From Dehalococcoidia bacterium (GTDB lineage Bacteria > Chloroflexota > Dehalococcoidia > Plut-88900): a stretch of 64,000 bases of DNA. Position numbers and translations under genes: made by a program. The notes below the pieces were generated by a model. That model saw only the letters and a program-made list of their open reading frames with translations. It made no database searches and was not told the origin of the DNA. This document shows, in pieces, positions 49,042-57,857 of this stretch; the stretch's first letter is position 1, and the number at the start of each line of letters is the position of its first letter. The DNA lies in contig OZ240219.1 of assembly GCA_965197645.1 (NCBI GenBank), positions 352,001 through 416,000 on the forward strand. The letters run 5' to 3'.

Positions 49042-50370
49042 TTAGACCGGGAGTTCCGATCGATCCTTGACGGTAGGCCCATCGACCGGCTGGGTCAGCA
49101 TCCGCACCGCAGCCCTCAGCAGATCGATTCGCCAGGCCTGCTCATGCTCTGAGGTCAGCTTCGGGTCGCCCAGTGGATGATGGAATCTCCCCTCGGTTCT
49201 GAAAATCCGGTTGGCGCCGACCCTCTCGGCGATGCTGACGAGGGCGGTGATAAGCACCACGGGGATACCGGCCCGTTCGATCTCCTTGGCTAACGTAGCG
49301 CCGCTACGGGTTCCCGTGCCTCAGGTGGCGGTTAGAATCGCCGCCCGGACGTCCCGTGCCTTCATGTCCTCGGCCATTTCGCGCCCGATCCGGGTCATCG
49401 TCTTGATGTTGGCCATGTTCCCGGTGGTGACGTAGTAGTGGTCGGATAGCCGGCTGATGACGCCTGTTTTCTCCAGGAACCGAGCGGCATCGAGAGGCAC
49501 GGTACGATCGGGTGCATCGTTGGTGCCGCTGGTGTCACAGCCGCCGTGCCACGCCTCGTAGTCGCCCCGCCTTAGACTGTTGAGACCCTTGATCGGATAC
49601 TTGAGCCACTTGGACGCGTTCCAGGTCTCCAGCCTGTCGGGGTTGCCTGAAGGCACGAGACCTGACTCGGTGACCAGGGCCACAAGGCTGCGGCTGAGGT
49701 CTGCTATCTCAGGCGCCGGGGGTACGTTGTCGAAATCGGGAATTGGCAGCTCTGTGCGGTACGAACGTCCATCAAGCTTCGCCAGCAGCATGTTCGCGGC
49801 CCGCTCGGCGGCGCCCTGCTTCACCCTTACGTTTCGCCGGACGCCCCGGGGGAGGTACCCCTCGTCATCGGCCGGTCCGATCTCAACACCGCGGCCGAGT
49901 TTAACGACGAAGTCGGCCAGCCTGGGTAGAGCGTCGTTCATCGATGCTGCCGTCGGGCTGGTGGGCAGGATGTAGACGTCCTCACGGAACAGCTCGACGC
50001 CCGGGTTATTGACGTTCATCGCCGTCACCGCGGGCTTGCCTCGTTGCTGCAAGGCTTGAGCAATCGCTCCGCAGGCCGTGCCATAACGACCCGAGTTGAA
50101 GGCGGGTCCGGCCGCCAGCACGTCGGCAGGATGAGAGTCGGCCAGGGCTATGAGTCGACTTGTCGCCTCATCCTGGTTCTCGATGAAGTAGTTGTCGCCG
50201 CAGACCAGCGTCCCGGTGATAGTGGCCCGGTCGGCAAGATGCTTGGCCAGGCCGACGCCGGGCCCGACGGGGCCGGGACGGTACTGGGGAGGAGCGTCCG
50301 CATGGTCCTCGCCTCCTATGCCGCCGAAGAACTGGTTTACGTAGTGGATAACGGTGATTTCGTGATTCAT
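49042..50370 (-). CDS. Glycine/sarcosine/betaine reductase selenoprotein B-like (GrdB family); Sec at codon 350 (TGA 49321-49323)
   Basis: HYVNQFFGGIGGE, AGPAFNSGRYG, AILTAT-[TGA]-GTGTRSGATLAKEIERAGIPVV..VGANRI..HPLGDP; the frame continues to TAA at 49042. Confidence 0.92.
49288..49323 (-). promoter_or_regulatory. SECIS hairpin of the grdB-like gene
   Basis: UGA GGC ACGGG AACC-CGUAGC-[GGC]-GCUACG-UU A GCC; perfect 6-bp stem, G-initiated loop 18 nt after UGA. Confidence 0.7.
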
Positions 50371-50385
50371 GCTAAATTCCCAGCG

Positions 50386-51678
50386 CTAGAAATCCCTGGC
50401 GGTAAAGCCGTTGGTCTGCATCATCCAGAAGCCGGCGTACATCTCGTGGGCGCTGAGGGTGAGACTGCCAGACGCCCGGAGGCGGTGGCCCCACTCCTCG
50501 TTGGAGCTGAAGACCAGCTCCTCGCCTCCAACCACCCGCTTCATCCCGGGCACGGTGAACTGCCTGTCGGCGCCTCCGCCGGAGACTATCGCATCGGCTT
50601 CGCTAGCGTAATCCACAATCGGCCAGTCCCTCCCTTCGATACCACCCAGCTCATGCACCATCTGGACGGTCTGCACCCCCGAGCTCTCCAGTGCCTTAAC
50701 GCTCTGCATGAAGTCCACCCAGGTATTGCCGGTGCCCTCCAGAGTCATCACCGCGCCCTTGACATCCAGCATTCTGGCGACGTTTGCGACCATGTAGCCG
50801 TTCCTCTCCTTGAGCTCATGGTCGTCGTGGTGTCCACGGCATAGTATCACCCCTGCGAAGTCCAGGTCTCGGCCGTGGCGGCTGTACAGGTCCCGGATCA
50901 CGGGATGGTTCAGGCGTAGCCACGTTGGGACCTTCATCATGTTCCGGTAGTTGCCGCTGACCACGGCGCCGTCGAAGTACTCGTTGGGGTGCAGTACCGT
51001 GGGCGCCAGCGAGGCTACCGGCTGGCCGTACAGAAAGGTCTGCACCAGAAACCCCTGCTGCTGCACCTGGTCGACGTAGGCCACCCTGGGCAGGACCGGG
51101 TCTACGTCACCAAGCTCGAACTGCTCAATCTCATCGGGGTCCGTTGCGCTGGTGGCGACCTCGGCAAGGTGCTGTGAGACGCGAAGGCTGCCCATGCGAA
51201 TGGCGTTCTCGAACTCCTCGTTGGTGGCACCACGGCGAGGGGTAAACACCAGGGCGAGGTTATGGGTGTCGGAGCAAGCGGAGAGCTCGGCGCCCGGTCC
51301 GCTCATATCTATGATGCCCTCATTGAACTCCAGGATCCCGCTGGTCGGTTCGGGGAGCCGGGCCGATTGCAACACCGCCAGTCCCTTTAGTCGACGGGTC
51401 ACACCGGCGCCTACGGTGCGGGCGGGCCCCAGAAAGCCGGGGAAGGCGACGGTATCCTCGGTAGCCTTGATGCGGGGCTCGATGGCGTCCAGGACGTGGA
51501 TGATGCGGGTCTCTTCCCCCGGCGAGGCCAGCTCTATCCGAACATCCGATACGGAGTCGTCGTACCTGGCGATCCGGGACACCTCTTCCCGGTCGATGAT
51601 GAGGGCGCCGTTGACCAGGCGGGTCTCGGGACCGAACTGAAGAGCATCGACAGAATAGCTTTCAAGCCGCAGCTTCAA
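50386..51678 (-). CDS. Glycine/sarcosine/betaine reductase component B partner subunit (GrdE/GrdG/GrdI family)
   Basis: ASPGEETRIIHVLDAIEPR, IIDMSGPGAE, PTVLHPNEYFDGAVVSGN, NHPVIRDLYSRHG, ADAIVSGG; TTG start behind GGAGGAG. Confidence 0.9.
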   Translation of the reverse strand: MKLRLESYSVDALQFGPETRLVNGALIIDREEVSRIARYDDSVSDVRIELASPGEETRIIHVLDAIEPRIKATEDTVAFPGFLGPARTVGAGVTRRLKGLAVLQSARLPEPTSGILEFNEGIIDMSGPGAELSACSDTHNLALVFTPRRGATNEEFENAIRMGSLRVSQHLAEVATSATDPDEIEQFELGDVDPVLPRVAYVDQVQQQGFLVQTFLYGQPVASLAPTVLHPNEYFDGAVVSGNYRNMMKVPTWLRLNHPVIRDLYSRHGRDLDFAGVILCRGHHDDHELKERNGYMVANVARMLDVKGAVMTLEGTGNTWVDFMQSVKALESSGVQTVQMVHELGGIEGRDWPIVDYASEADAIVSGGGADRQFTVPGMKRVVGGEELVFSSNEEWGHRLRASGSLTLSAHEMYAGFWMMQTNGFTARDF

Positions 51679-51714
51679 GCCGCTCCTCCCGTTGGTGTCA
51701 TGACTGCTCCACGG

Positions 51715-52464
51715 CTACAGAGCGGTAAAGCCGCCATCGATGACCAGCTCCGAGCCCGTCACGTAGGACGACTCATCGGACGCCAGGAAGAGGATGGCGT
51801 TGGCCACCTCCTCGGGTGTGCCAAACCGTTTCATCGGCACGGCATCGATGTACTTCTGATGGTAACGGGGATTCGCCTTTATCGGGTCCATCATGGGAGC
51901 GTCTATCGGGCCTGGATGCACCGAGTTGGCTCGAATACCGTTCCGGGCATACTGTACGGCCGTCGACTTGGTCAGGTTTCGCACGGCGGCTTTGGAGGCG
52001 CCGTAAGCAGAGCCGGTGGCCGAGCCCAGGATGCCGCCGACCGACGAGAGGTTGACGATGGACCCGGCGCCCGCCTCGATCATCTCCGGAACGACGTACT
52101 TGGTGCCGAGGAACACCCCCTTGGCGTTCACCTCCATGATGCGGTCCCAGTCCTCGCTGCTGGTATCCGCCACACGGTCCCGCTTGATGATTCCGGCGTT
52201 GTTCACCAGCACATCCAGCTTGCCGAAGCGGTCGAGTGTCGTGCGCACCGCCGCTTGCCAGTCCTCTTCGCTGGTGACGTCCAGCTTGAAGAAGGTGACC
52301 TGGCCGCCGGACTCGGCGATCTCCTCGGCCAGCTGCTGCCCTTCCGTCTCCAGCACGTCGCCGATGGCGAGGCTGGCTCCTTCCCTGGCGAAGAGCTTGG
52401 CCTCGGCCGCGCCGATACCCCTGGCGCCACCGGCAATCAGGGCCACTTTGCCTTCGAGTCTCAT
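51715..52464 (-). CDS. Short-chain dehydrogenase/reductase
   Basis: AGGARGIG, LVNNAG, YGASK, NSVHPG, IDGG. Confidence 0.93.
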   Translation of the reverse strand: MRLEGKVALIAGGARGIGAAEAKLFAREGASLAIGDVLETEGQQLAEEIAESGGQVTFFKLDVTSEEDWQAAVRTTLDRFGKLDVLVNNAGIIKRDRVADTSSEDWDRIMEVNAKGVFLGTKYVVPEMIEAGAGSIVNLSSVGGILGSATGSAYGASKAAVRNLTKSTAVQYARNGIRANSVHPGPIDAPMMDPIKANPRYHQKYIDAVPMKRFGTPEEVANAILFLASDESSYVTGSELVIDGGFTAL

Positions 52465-52474
52465 GGCGTGCCTC

Positions 52475-53638
52475 CTAGTCCTCCTTGAGAGCGGGGATGA
52501 CCTCACTGCCAAGTAGCTCGATGGAACGCATGGTCGCCCGGTGGGACATGGCGCCGCACTGGGCCTCCAGCATCAGAGAGCCGATGCCGAGCTGGCGCTT
52601 GATGTGCAACAGCTTCTCCGTGACGGTGTCGGGCGTCCCCACGATGATGCGGTAATCGTCCTGAAGCTCCTGGTAGCTCATCTTCTGCAGCGGTACGGTC
52701 TTACCACCCGTGCTCTTGGCCGAGTTTATCACCGCGCTCTTCCTGCCGGCCCTGCTCAGATATCCGGGTGGAGCGAAGTACTCCCGCGGGCCGAGCAACG
52801 GTCCCCGCATTCGCCACATGATGTGCCTACCCTCCTCTTGGGCCTTCTCCTCGGTGTCGTTGACGTGACAACAGACCATGAAGGCGAATTTTTCCGGGCC
52901 TGCCTCGATACCCTCTTCGGCGGCATAGTTGCGATAGAGGTCAAACAGGCCCTGGGCAGTCTCCAGCGACGTCAGGAAGGCGGCGTAGGTGTAGCCCCGG
53001 CGAGCGGACCACTCAACCGTCTCGGGACTGCCCGTGCCCGGCGTCCAGATGGGCGGGTGGGGCTTCTGCAAGGGCAGCACCCAGGGGTTGACCACGCGGA
53101 AATCGAAGTGGTCACCCTCCCATCGAAAGGGTCCGGGGGTAGTCCAGGTTTTGACCATCAGGTCGTGCGCCTCTTCGAACCGCTCCCGGTTATGTACGGG
53201 ATTGGTGTTGGTGGCCCAGCTTTCGACTCCCAGGCCCCGCACGATGCCCGAGATCAATCGGCCCCCCGAGATAAGGTCCACCATCGCTATCTCTTCCGCC
53301 AGGCGCACCGGATTGTCCGTCGTCGAGATCAGGTTGCCCAGTATCAGGATCTTCGCCCGGGTGGTCATCCGCGCCAGGATGCCGGCGATCACGTTCACCC
53401 CGACGTTCATGCAGGAGCAGCTGTTGTGGTGCTCGTTGATCATCAGACCATCGAAACCCACCTCGGCGGCGTACTGGTACTCGTCCAGGTAGCGCTGGAA
53501 CAGGCCCTGAGCCGTTGGGGCATCAAAGTAAGTGTTGGGGAAGGTCAGGCGCATGGAGGGATAGTTGTCGGCTTCCGACTCGTCGAACTCGGCGTAGGGC
53601 ATTTCGCTGAACCAGTAGACGTCCATACCGGTCTCCAT
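52475..53638 (-). CDS. LLM-class flavin-dependent oxidoreductase/monooxygenase
   Basis: GFDGLMINEHH, NPVRLAEEIAMVDLISGGRL, LQKPHPPIW, IVGTPDTV. Confidence 0.92.
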   Translation of the reverse strand: METGMDVYWFSEMPYAEFDESEADNYPSMRLTFPNTYFDAPTAQGLFQRYLDEYQYAAEVGFDGLMINEHHNSCSCMNVGVNVIAGILARMTTRAKILILGNLISTTDNPVRLAEEIAMVDLISGGRLISGIVRGLGVESWATNTNPVHNRERFEEAHDLMVKTWTTPGPFRWEGDHFDFRVVNPWVLPLQKPHPPIWTPGTGSPETVEWSARRGYTYAAFLTSLETAQGLFDLYRNYAAEEGIEAGPEKFAFMVCCHVNDTEEKAQEEGRHIMWRMRGPLLGPREYFAPPGYLSRAGRKSAVINSAKSTGGKTVPLQKMSYQELQDDYRIIVGTPDTVTEKLLHIKRQLGIGSLMLEAQCGAMSHRATMRSIELLGSEVIPALKED

Positions 53639-53651
53639 TCAGTAAGTGCGA

Positions 53652-54437
53652 TCAGTCCAGAAAGCCCAATACCGTACGAACGAACTCGTCCGGCTTCTCG
53701 ATCTGGGGTGAATGGCCGCAGTTCTCGATGATCGATAGCCTGGCGCCGGGGATGGACCGCTGGTACAGCTCTCCGCAGTTCAGAGGCACAATACGGTCCT
53801 CTCGACCCCAGACGATGAGGCTGGGCACGTCGACCCGTTGCAGAAGGCCGGGGAGCCGGGGATCGTGCATGTAAGGCTTCCAGCAGAGGCGCACGGCCAT
53901 CTCCCGGTTTGACTCCTGGGTCTGCTTCTCCTCATCGGTCAGGGTGCGTTCGTACAGCTCGCTCCACTCCGGGACCTGGCCGGGATCGAAGAAACCGAGC
54001 TGAGCAACCTGTTGGGGGGTAATGAGAAAGACGTCGGCGATTTCCCCCTCCGTGGGTTTGATACCCACGGCGCCCACCAGCACCAGCCGCTCGAGATTAT
54101 GGGGGCACATAACCGCCATCTCGGCTGCTATCCACCCGCCCATGGAGAAGCCCATAAGCCGGACCCTGTCCAGATTCAGCCGGTCCAGAAACCAGAGGTA
54201 GAAGCAGGCCATATCGGGAATGGTCTCGAGCCACGGGGGTCTTTGAGATCGATCATAGCCTGGGTGAGAGGGGACATAGAGGGTGAATCTCTGGGCGAGG
54301 GCCTCGTTGTACTTGCGCCATCCCCGGTGTCCTCCTGCGCCGTGGAGGACCAGCAGGGGCTCTCCGACGCCGCCCTTCATGAAGTGGACCTCGGAGCCAC
54401 CGATGTTGACCTGTTCTTCGCGCCACTCTACCGTCAT
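53652..54437 (-). CDS. Alpha/beta fold hydrolase
   Basis: VLHGAGG, GFSMGG, WGREDRIVP, CGHSPQIE. Confidence 0.92.
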   Translation of the reverse strand: MTVEWREEQVNIGGSEVHFMKGGVGEPLLVLHGAGGHRGWRKYNEALAQRFTLYVPSHPGYDRSQRPPWLETIPDMACFYLWFLDRLNLDRVRLMGFSMGGWIAAEMAVMCPHNLERLVLVGAVGIKPTEGEIADVFLITPQQVAQLGFFDPGQVPEWSELYERTLTDEEKQTQESNREMAVRLCWKPYMHDPRLPGLLQRVDVPSLIVWGREDRIVPLNCGELYQRSIPGARLSIIENCGHSPQIEKPDEFVRTVLGFLD

Positions 54438-54588
54438 TATCCGTCTCTTTCCCATCGCCCTCGGGGCATCTCTTCTCAGTCGATGCCAAGGTCGCCATCG
54501 GCCAGGCCGGTCTTGGATACGCCGATACCCCCGGCACTACCGGCTATCAAGGCTACTTTCCCTTCGGGTCTCATGGCAAGCTTCCTAG
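54349..54588 (-). repeat. Repeat unit A: SDR 5' fragment, linker and hydrolase 5' end
   Basis: 54461-54530 matches 56037-56106 at 69/70 nt; 54520-54577 resembles the SDR start at 52410-52467. Confidence 0.85.
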
Positions 54589-54863
54589 CGCTTGTTGGGA
54601 TCGGGGATTACGTCTTTTCCCAGCAGGCCATCCGATAGCATTCTATCAATTCGGTGAAGGGGTACATCGACCATGATGTTGTCGGTCATGCCGTTGTTGG
54701 CCAGTCTGGTATGGAGATACTCGGTCTCCTCCTGGCTAACGACCCCGTCCGAGATCACGCCCCTGGCAAGCCTAATCAAAGTGTCCATTTGCCAGTTGTT
54801 GATGCGGGACGAGGAACGGACCAATCCGGCAAGCTCCTCATCACAATAATAGACGGCTATCAT
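54585..54863 (-). pseudogene. Degenerate fragment resembling the N-terminal helical region of BRCT-associated proteins
   Basis: QMDTLIRLARGVISDGVVSQEETEYL..RIDRMLSDGLL, truncated at the repeat unit; family recalled, not searched. Confidence 0.35.
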
Positions 54864-54883
54864 TACATCTGTTCTCTTGCTGC

Positions 54884-55828
54884 CTACGGTCCTGGCGGAT
54901 CCAGGGGTATTCCGTACATCGAGTCCGGCTTCAGCCTCGCCGCCTCCGACCCGGGTAGAGGTCGGGACGTCCTGGGCGTTCTGGACGTTCTGGGTGTCTT
55001 AGGCGGCAGGACCGGACCGAGCATGGGTGGAAGAGGCCCCTTGATGCGCCTCAGCAGGTAGGCTGTGAGGAACGCCCCGATGGCCGGCACCCCGACGGCT
55101 ATCAGGATGCTGAACATTATGAAGCCCATCTCCAGCCATTGCCGCAGGAAAAAGACGATGTCGTAACCAGGATAGAACCATAGCCACCTCATCACGGTCA
55201 ATATCCCGAACAGCAAGGCGATCGTCTTCCACGGTATCCGGTCGGTCTCCTTCATTCGCACGGCGCCCCAGACGACCACCAGTGTCCCGCAAAGGCTGAG
55301 AACGTCTAGGATGATGGCCCACTCCATATTTCCAAATCTCAACCACAGCAATGAATAAGGATAGTGCCAGCTTGGGCCTGTGACCAGTGCGAGAAACGGT
55401 AGTATCCGGCTGTAGTGCCGTCCCGTGTAGGTGGCGGCAAAGAAAAACATCCCGAGAAAGTTCATTGCTACCAGAATCCACCATATTGTTGAATAAATGT
55501 CGGACCCCAGTGACTCCGAACGTGAAACGTACCTGACGTTTTGCGCAGCAGACAGCGCCAGTAGGTAGAGATCGTAAGCGACGAAGTAAGCGAGGAACCT
55601 CTGCCGTACCTTGACCAGCACGGCTAGCAACACGATAGATGGGACAGCCATCTCCAGGTTCAGCACCAGCGTGAACAGCGCACTATTGGTCCAAAACCAG
55701 CGTACTGGCCAAAACCATGTCTTTGCATCAAAGACGAAAGAGACCAGGAGAGGCACGGCGAGCACTGTCACCACAGGCCAGAGGTACTTCCTACGCCTCC
55801 TGACGATGAGTTGCATCCGTCTCATCAT
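54884..55828 (-). CDS. Hypothetical polytopic membrane protein with Pro/Arg-rich tail
   Basis: Multiple TM segments; AGGAG RBS; tail PKTPRTSRTPRTSRP. Confidence 0.75.
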   Translation of the reverse strand: MMRRMQLIVRRRRKYLWPVVTVLAVPLLVSFVFDAKTWFWPVRWFWTNSALFTLVLNLEMAVPSIVLLAVLVKVRQRFLAYFVAYDLYLLALSAAQNVRYVSRSESLGSDIYSTIWWILVAMNFLGMFFFAATYTGRHYSRILPFLALVTGPSWHYPYSLLWLRFGNMEWAIILDVLSLCGTLVVVWGAVRMKETDRIPWKTIALLFGILTVMRWLWFYPGYDIVFFLRQWLEMGFIMFSILIAVGVPAIGAFLTAYLLRRIKGPLPPMLGPVLPPKTPRTSRTPRTSRPLPGSEAARLKPDSMYGIPLDPPGP

Positions 55829-55886
55829 TCTCCTACCTTAGAGCCGTAGTCTTGCCGGGATGCTCCTCTCGACCCTCGTGAAGGGA

Positions 55887-56285
55887 ACCAGCAGGGGCTC
55901 CCCAACCCCACCCTTCATCTTCCTCTCCCTTCCTACTCTTCCTCCTCGTTGGAGGACGAGCCGGACTGCCTGGAGTCGATGTTGACTTGATCTTCTCTCC
56001 ACTGTACCGCCATTATCCGTCTCTTTCCGATCGAATTCGGGGCATCTCTTCTCAGTCGATGCCAAGGTCGCCATCGGCCAGGCTGGTCTTGGATACGCCG
56101 ATACCCCTGGCGCCACCGGCTATCAGGGCCACTTTCCCTTTGAGTATCATGGCGTCCTCCTAGTCCTCCTTGAGAGCGGGAATGACCTCACTGCCCAGCA
56201 GCTCGATGGAACGCATATTCGCCTGGTGGGACATTCGCCGCGCTGGGTCTCCAGCATCAGGGAACCGATACCAAGCCGGCGCTTG
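55887..56285 (-). repeat. Repeat unit B: LLM 3' fragment, SDR 5' fragment, linker and degenerate hydrolase 5' end
   Basis: 56096-56285 is a diverged copy of 52410-52601; 55887-56106 is a copy of 54349-54530 with an insertion. Confidence 0.85.
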
Positions 56286-56455
56286 TGGGTGACGGGGTCT
56301 CGGCCCAGGTCAATGGCGAGCTGCTCGAGGCGTCCGGGGGATCTGCGTGTAATGGTAGTCATGAGGAGATTACATGCGATTCTCCCCATCAGCTATGAGA
56401 TCAGCGCACCATAGCCGCTTTCCTTCCACCCCACCCACTCCCAGGCATCGGACTA

Positions 56456-57139
56456 CTATTCCTCCCCGGATGTGAGGATTTCGAGGATTTCCGTGTGCCC
56501 TCGCCATGCCGCTTCGCTGACTGCCGTATTACCATCCGGGTCAGCCGCCAGTGGGTCAGCTCCGGCCTTGATCAATGCCCTGACGACATCTTCATGACCC
56601 CGCCATGCCGCCTCAATCAATATCGGGCTATCGTCAGCATCAAGAGCGTTGGGGTTGGCCCCTGCATCTAGGAGGATTTGTACGATCTCCGCATCCCCCC
56701 GCCACACAGCCTCATAGATGACCGGGTTCCCATCTGAGTTACGGCCGTTAACGTCCGCGCCCGCGGCGACCAATGCCCTCACTGCATCAGCATTTCCTCT
56801 CCAAACGGGCTCGTTCAGAATCGCGTCTCCCTCAGCGTCCGTAGCATCCGATATCGAAGTCCGTGTGGCCGTCAGGTCCGGGGACGGTGTGGCCGTCAGG
56901 TCCGGGGACGGTGTGGGCGTCAGGTCTGGGGACGGTGTGGACGTCGGGTCTGGGATCGGTGTGGACGTCAGGTCTGGAGACGGCTCCGGAATAGACGTGG
57001 GTGTGGGGTCGGAGGGGAGAGCTAGGGGCACCGTCGGTTCGGAGTCGGATATGGTTAACACCACCACCACCACTAAGGCCGCTATGAGGCCAAGAAACAG
57101 GGACAGCGTGACTGCGATAACAGGTTTCGATAAGTTCAT
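56456..57139 (-). CDS. Membrane-anchored ankyrin repeat protein with Pro/Thr/Ser linker
   Basis: N-terminal TM helix, (TPSPDLTx)n linker, four ankyrin repeats each with E-x-x-WRG. Confidence 0.88.
   Translation of the reverse strand: MNLSKPVIAVTLSLFLGLIAALVVVVVLTISDSEPTVPLALPSDPTPTSIPEPSPDLTSTPIPDPTSTPSPDLTPTPSPDLTATPSPDLTATRTSISDATDAEGDAILNEPVWRGNADAVRALVAAGADVNGRNSDGNPVIYEAVWRGDAEIVQILLDAGANPNALDADDSPILIEAAWRGHEDVVRALIKAGADPLAADPDGNTAVSEAAWRGHTEILEILTSGEE
56863..56982. repeat. 24-bp tandem repeat x5 encoding the ankyrin protein linker
   Basis: GTGTGGCCGTCAGGTCCGGGGACG and variants. Confidence 0.85.
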
Positions 57140-57324
57140 TTGATGGTCTCTTTCACCGGCTTGCCAGCCGGAACACTCAGAATGGGACTGACCGCCTCCT
57201 GGAGCGTCGCGTAGTTTATGCCCCTAGTCCCTCCATTGCAACTGCGCGTGTATAATGGGGGCATGGTGACCCTGAGCGCACCCAAGGTCTTGCGCAGTTT
57301 CTCGTATCGTTCATCGTCAGCCAT
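57136..57324 (-). CDS. Small hypothetical protein
   Basis: AAGGAG RBS; ATGA overlap with the ankyrin gene. Confidence 0.45.
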   Translation of the reverse strand: MADDERYEKLRKTLGALRVTMPPLYTRSCNGGTRGINYATLQEAVSPILSVPAGKPVKETIK

Positions 57325-57345
57325 CTTCTTCTCCTTGCAGTGTGC

Positions 57346-57600
57346 CTACTTTCCGTACATAGCTCGGAATTCGTAGGAGTCTATCTTTAACAGAACAGCT
57401 ACGAGCATGTTGTTGCGCTGACCCTGGCTCGTGATGCTCACAACAACATAACCAGGAGAACGATTTAACATCTCTTCTAGTAGCTCTGCGTCTCTACTTT
57501 CTGCGGAGAACATACCTGTATCGTGAGCCTGTACGACCTTCCAAGTTGGAGGTTCACCCGGTCGTCCAGGCGGTCTAGGCGGATCCCGATACAGTGCCAT
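57346..57600 (-). CDS. Small hypothetical protein
   Basis: AAAGGAG RBS; 84 aa; lower GC. Confidence 0.55.
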   Translation of the reverse strand: MALYRDPPRPPGRPGEPPTWKVVQAHDTGMFSAESRDAELLEEMLNRSPGYVVVSITSQGQRNNMLVAVLLKIDSYEFRAMYGK

Positions 57601-57632
57601 CTCTTACTCCTTTCAAATCGTCTCTGGCGAGG

Positions 57633-57736
57633 ATCAGCGGGGGCTCTCCAACCCCGCCCTTCATGAAGTGGACCTCAGAGCCTCCGATGTCCACCTGTTG
57701 TTCGCTCCACTCTACCGTCATTGCTCGTCTCTCTCC
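57633..57736 (-). repeat. Repeat unit C: truncated hydrolase 5' end
   Basis: MTVEWSEQQVDIGGSEVHFMKGGVGEP versus MTVEWREEQVNIGGSEVHFMKGGVGEP of the intact gene. Confidence 0.85.
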
Positions 57737-57857
57737 GGTCGCTCCGGGCCATCCCCATCCGGTCGTCTCCGGGCCCACCATTGTATCAACCTCTATCAAA
57801 CGGGCCATCCCCCTTGGAACCGGGGCTTATAATGGGGCAGTATCCGTCCCACCAACC

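Noticed and set aside
49042-49260. Separate 72-aa ORF, or a grdB pseudogene call
   Set aside because: It is the in-frame C-terminus after the family's known Sec UGA
54476-54574. TGA ending the SDR-stub mini-ORF (also near 56052) as a Sec codon
   Set aside because: A TAA follows within about 11 codons and SDR homology has already ended
56863-56982. 24-bp repeats as a CRISPR array
   Set aside because: No spacers, in-frame coding repeats, no cas genes
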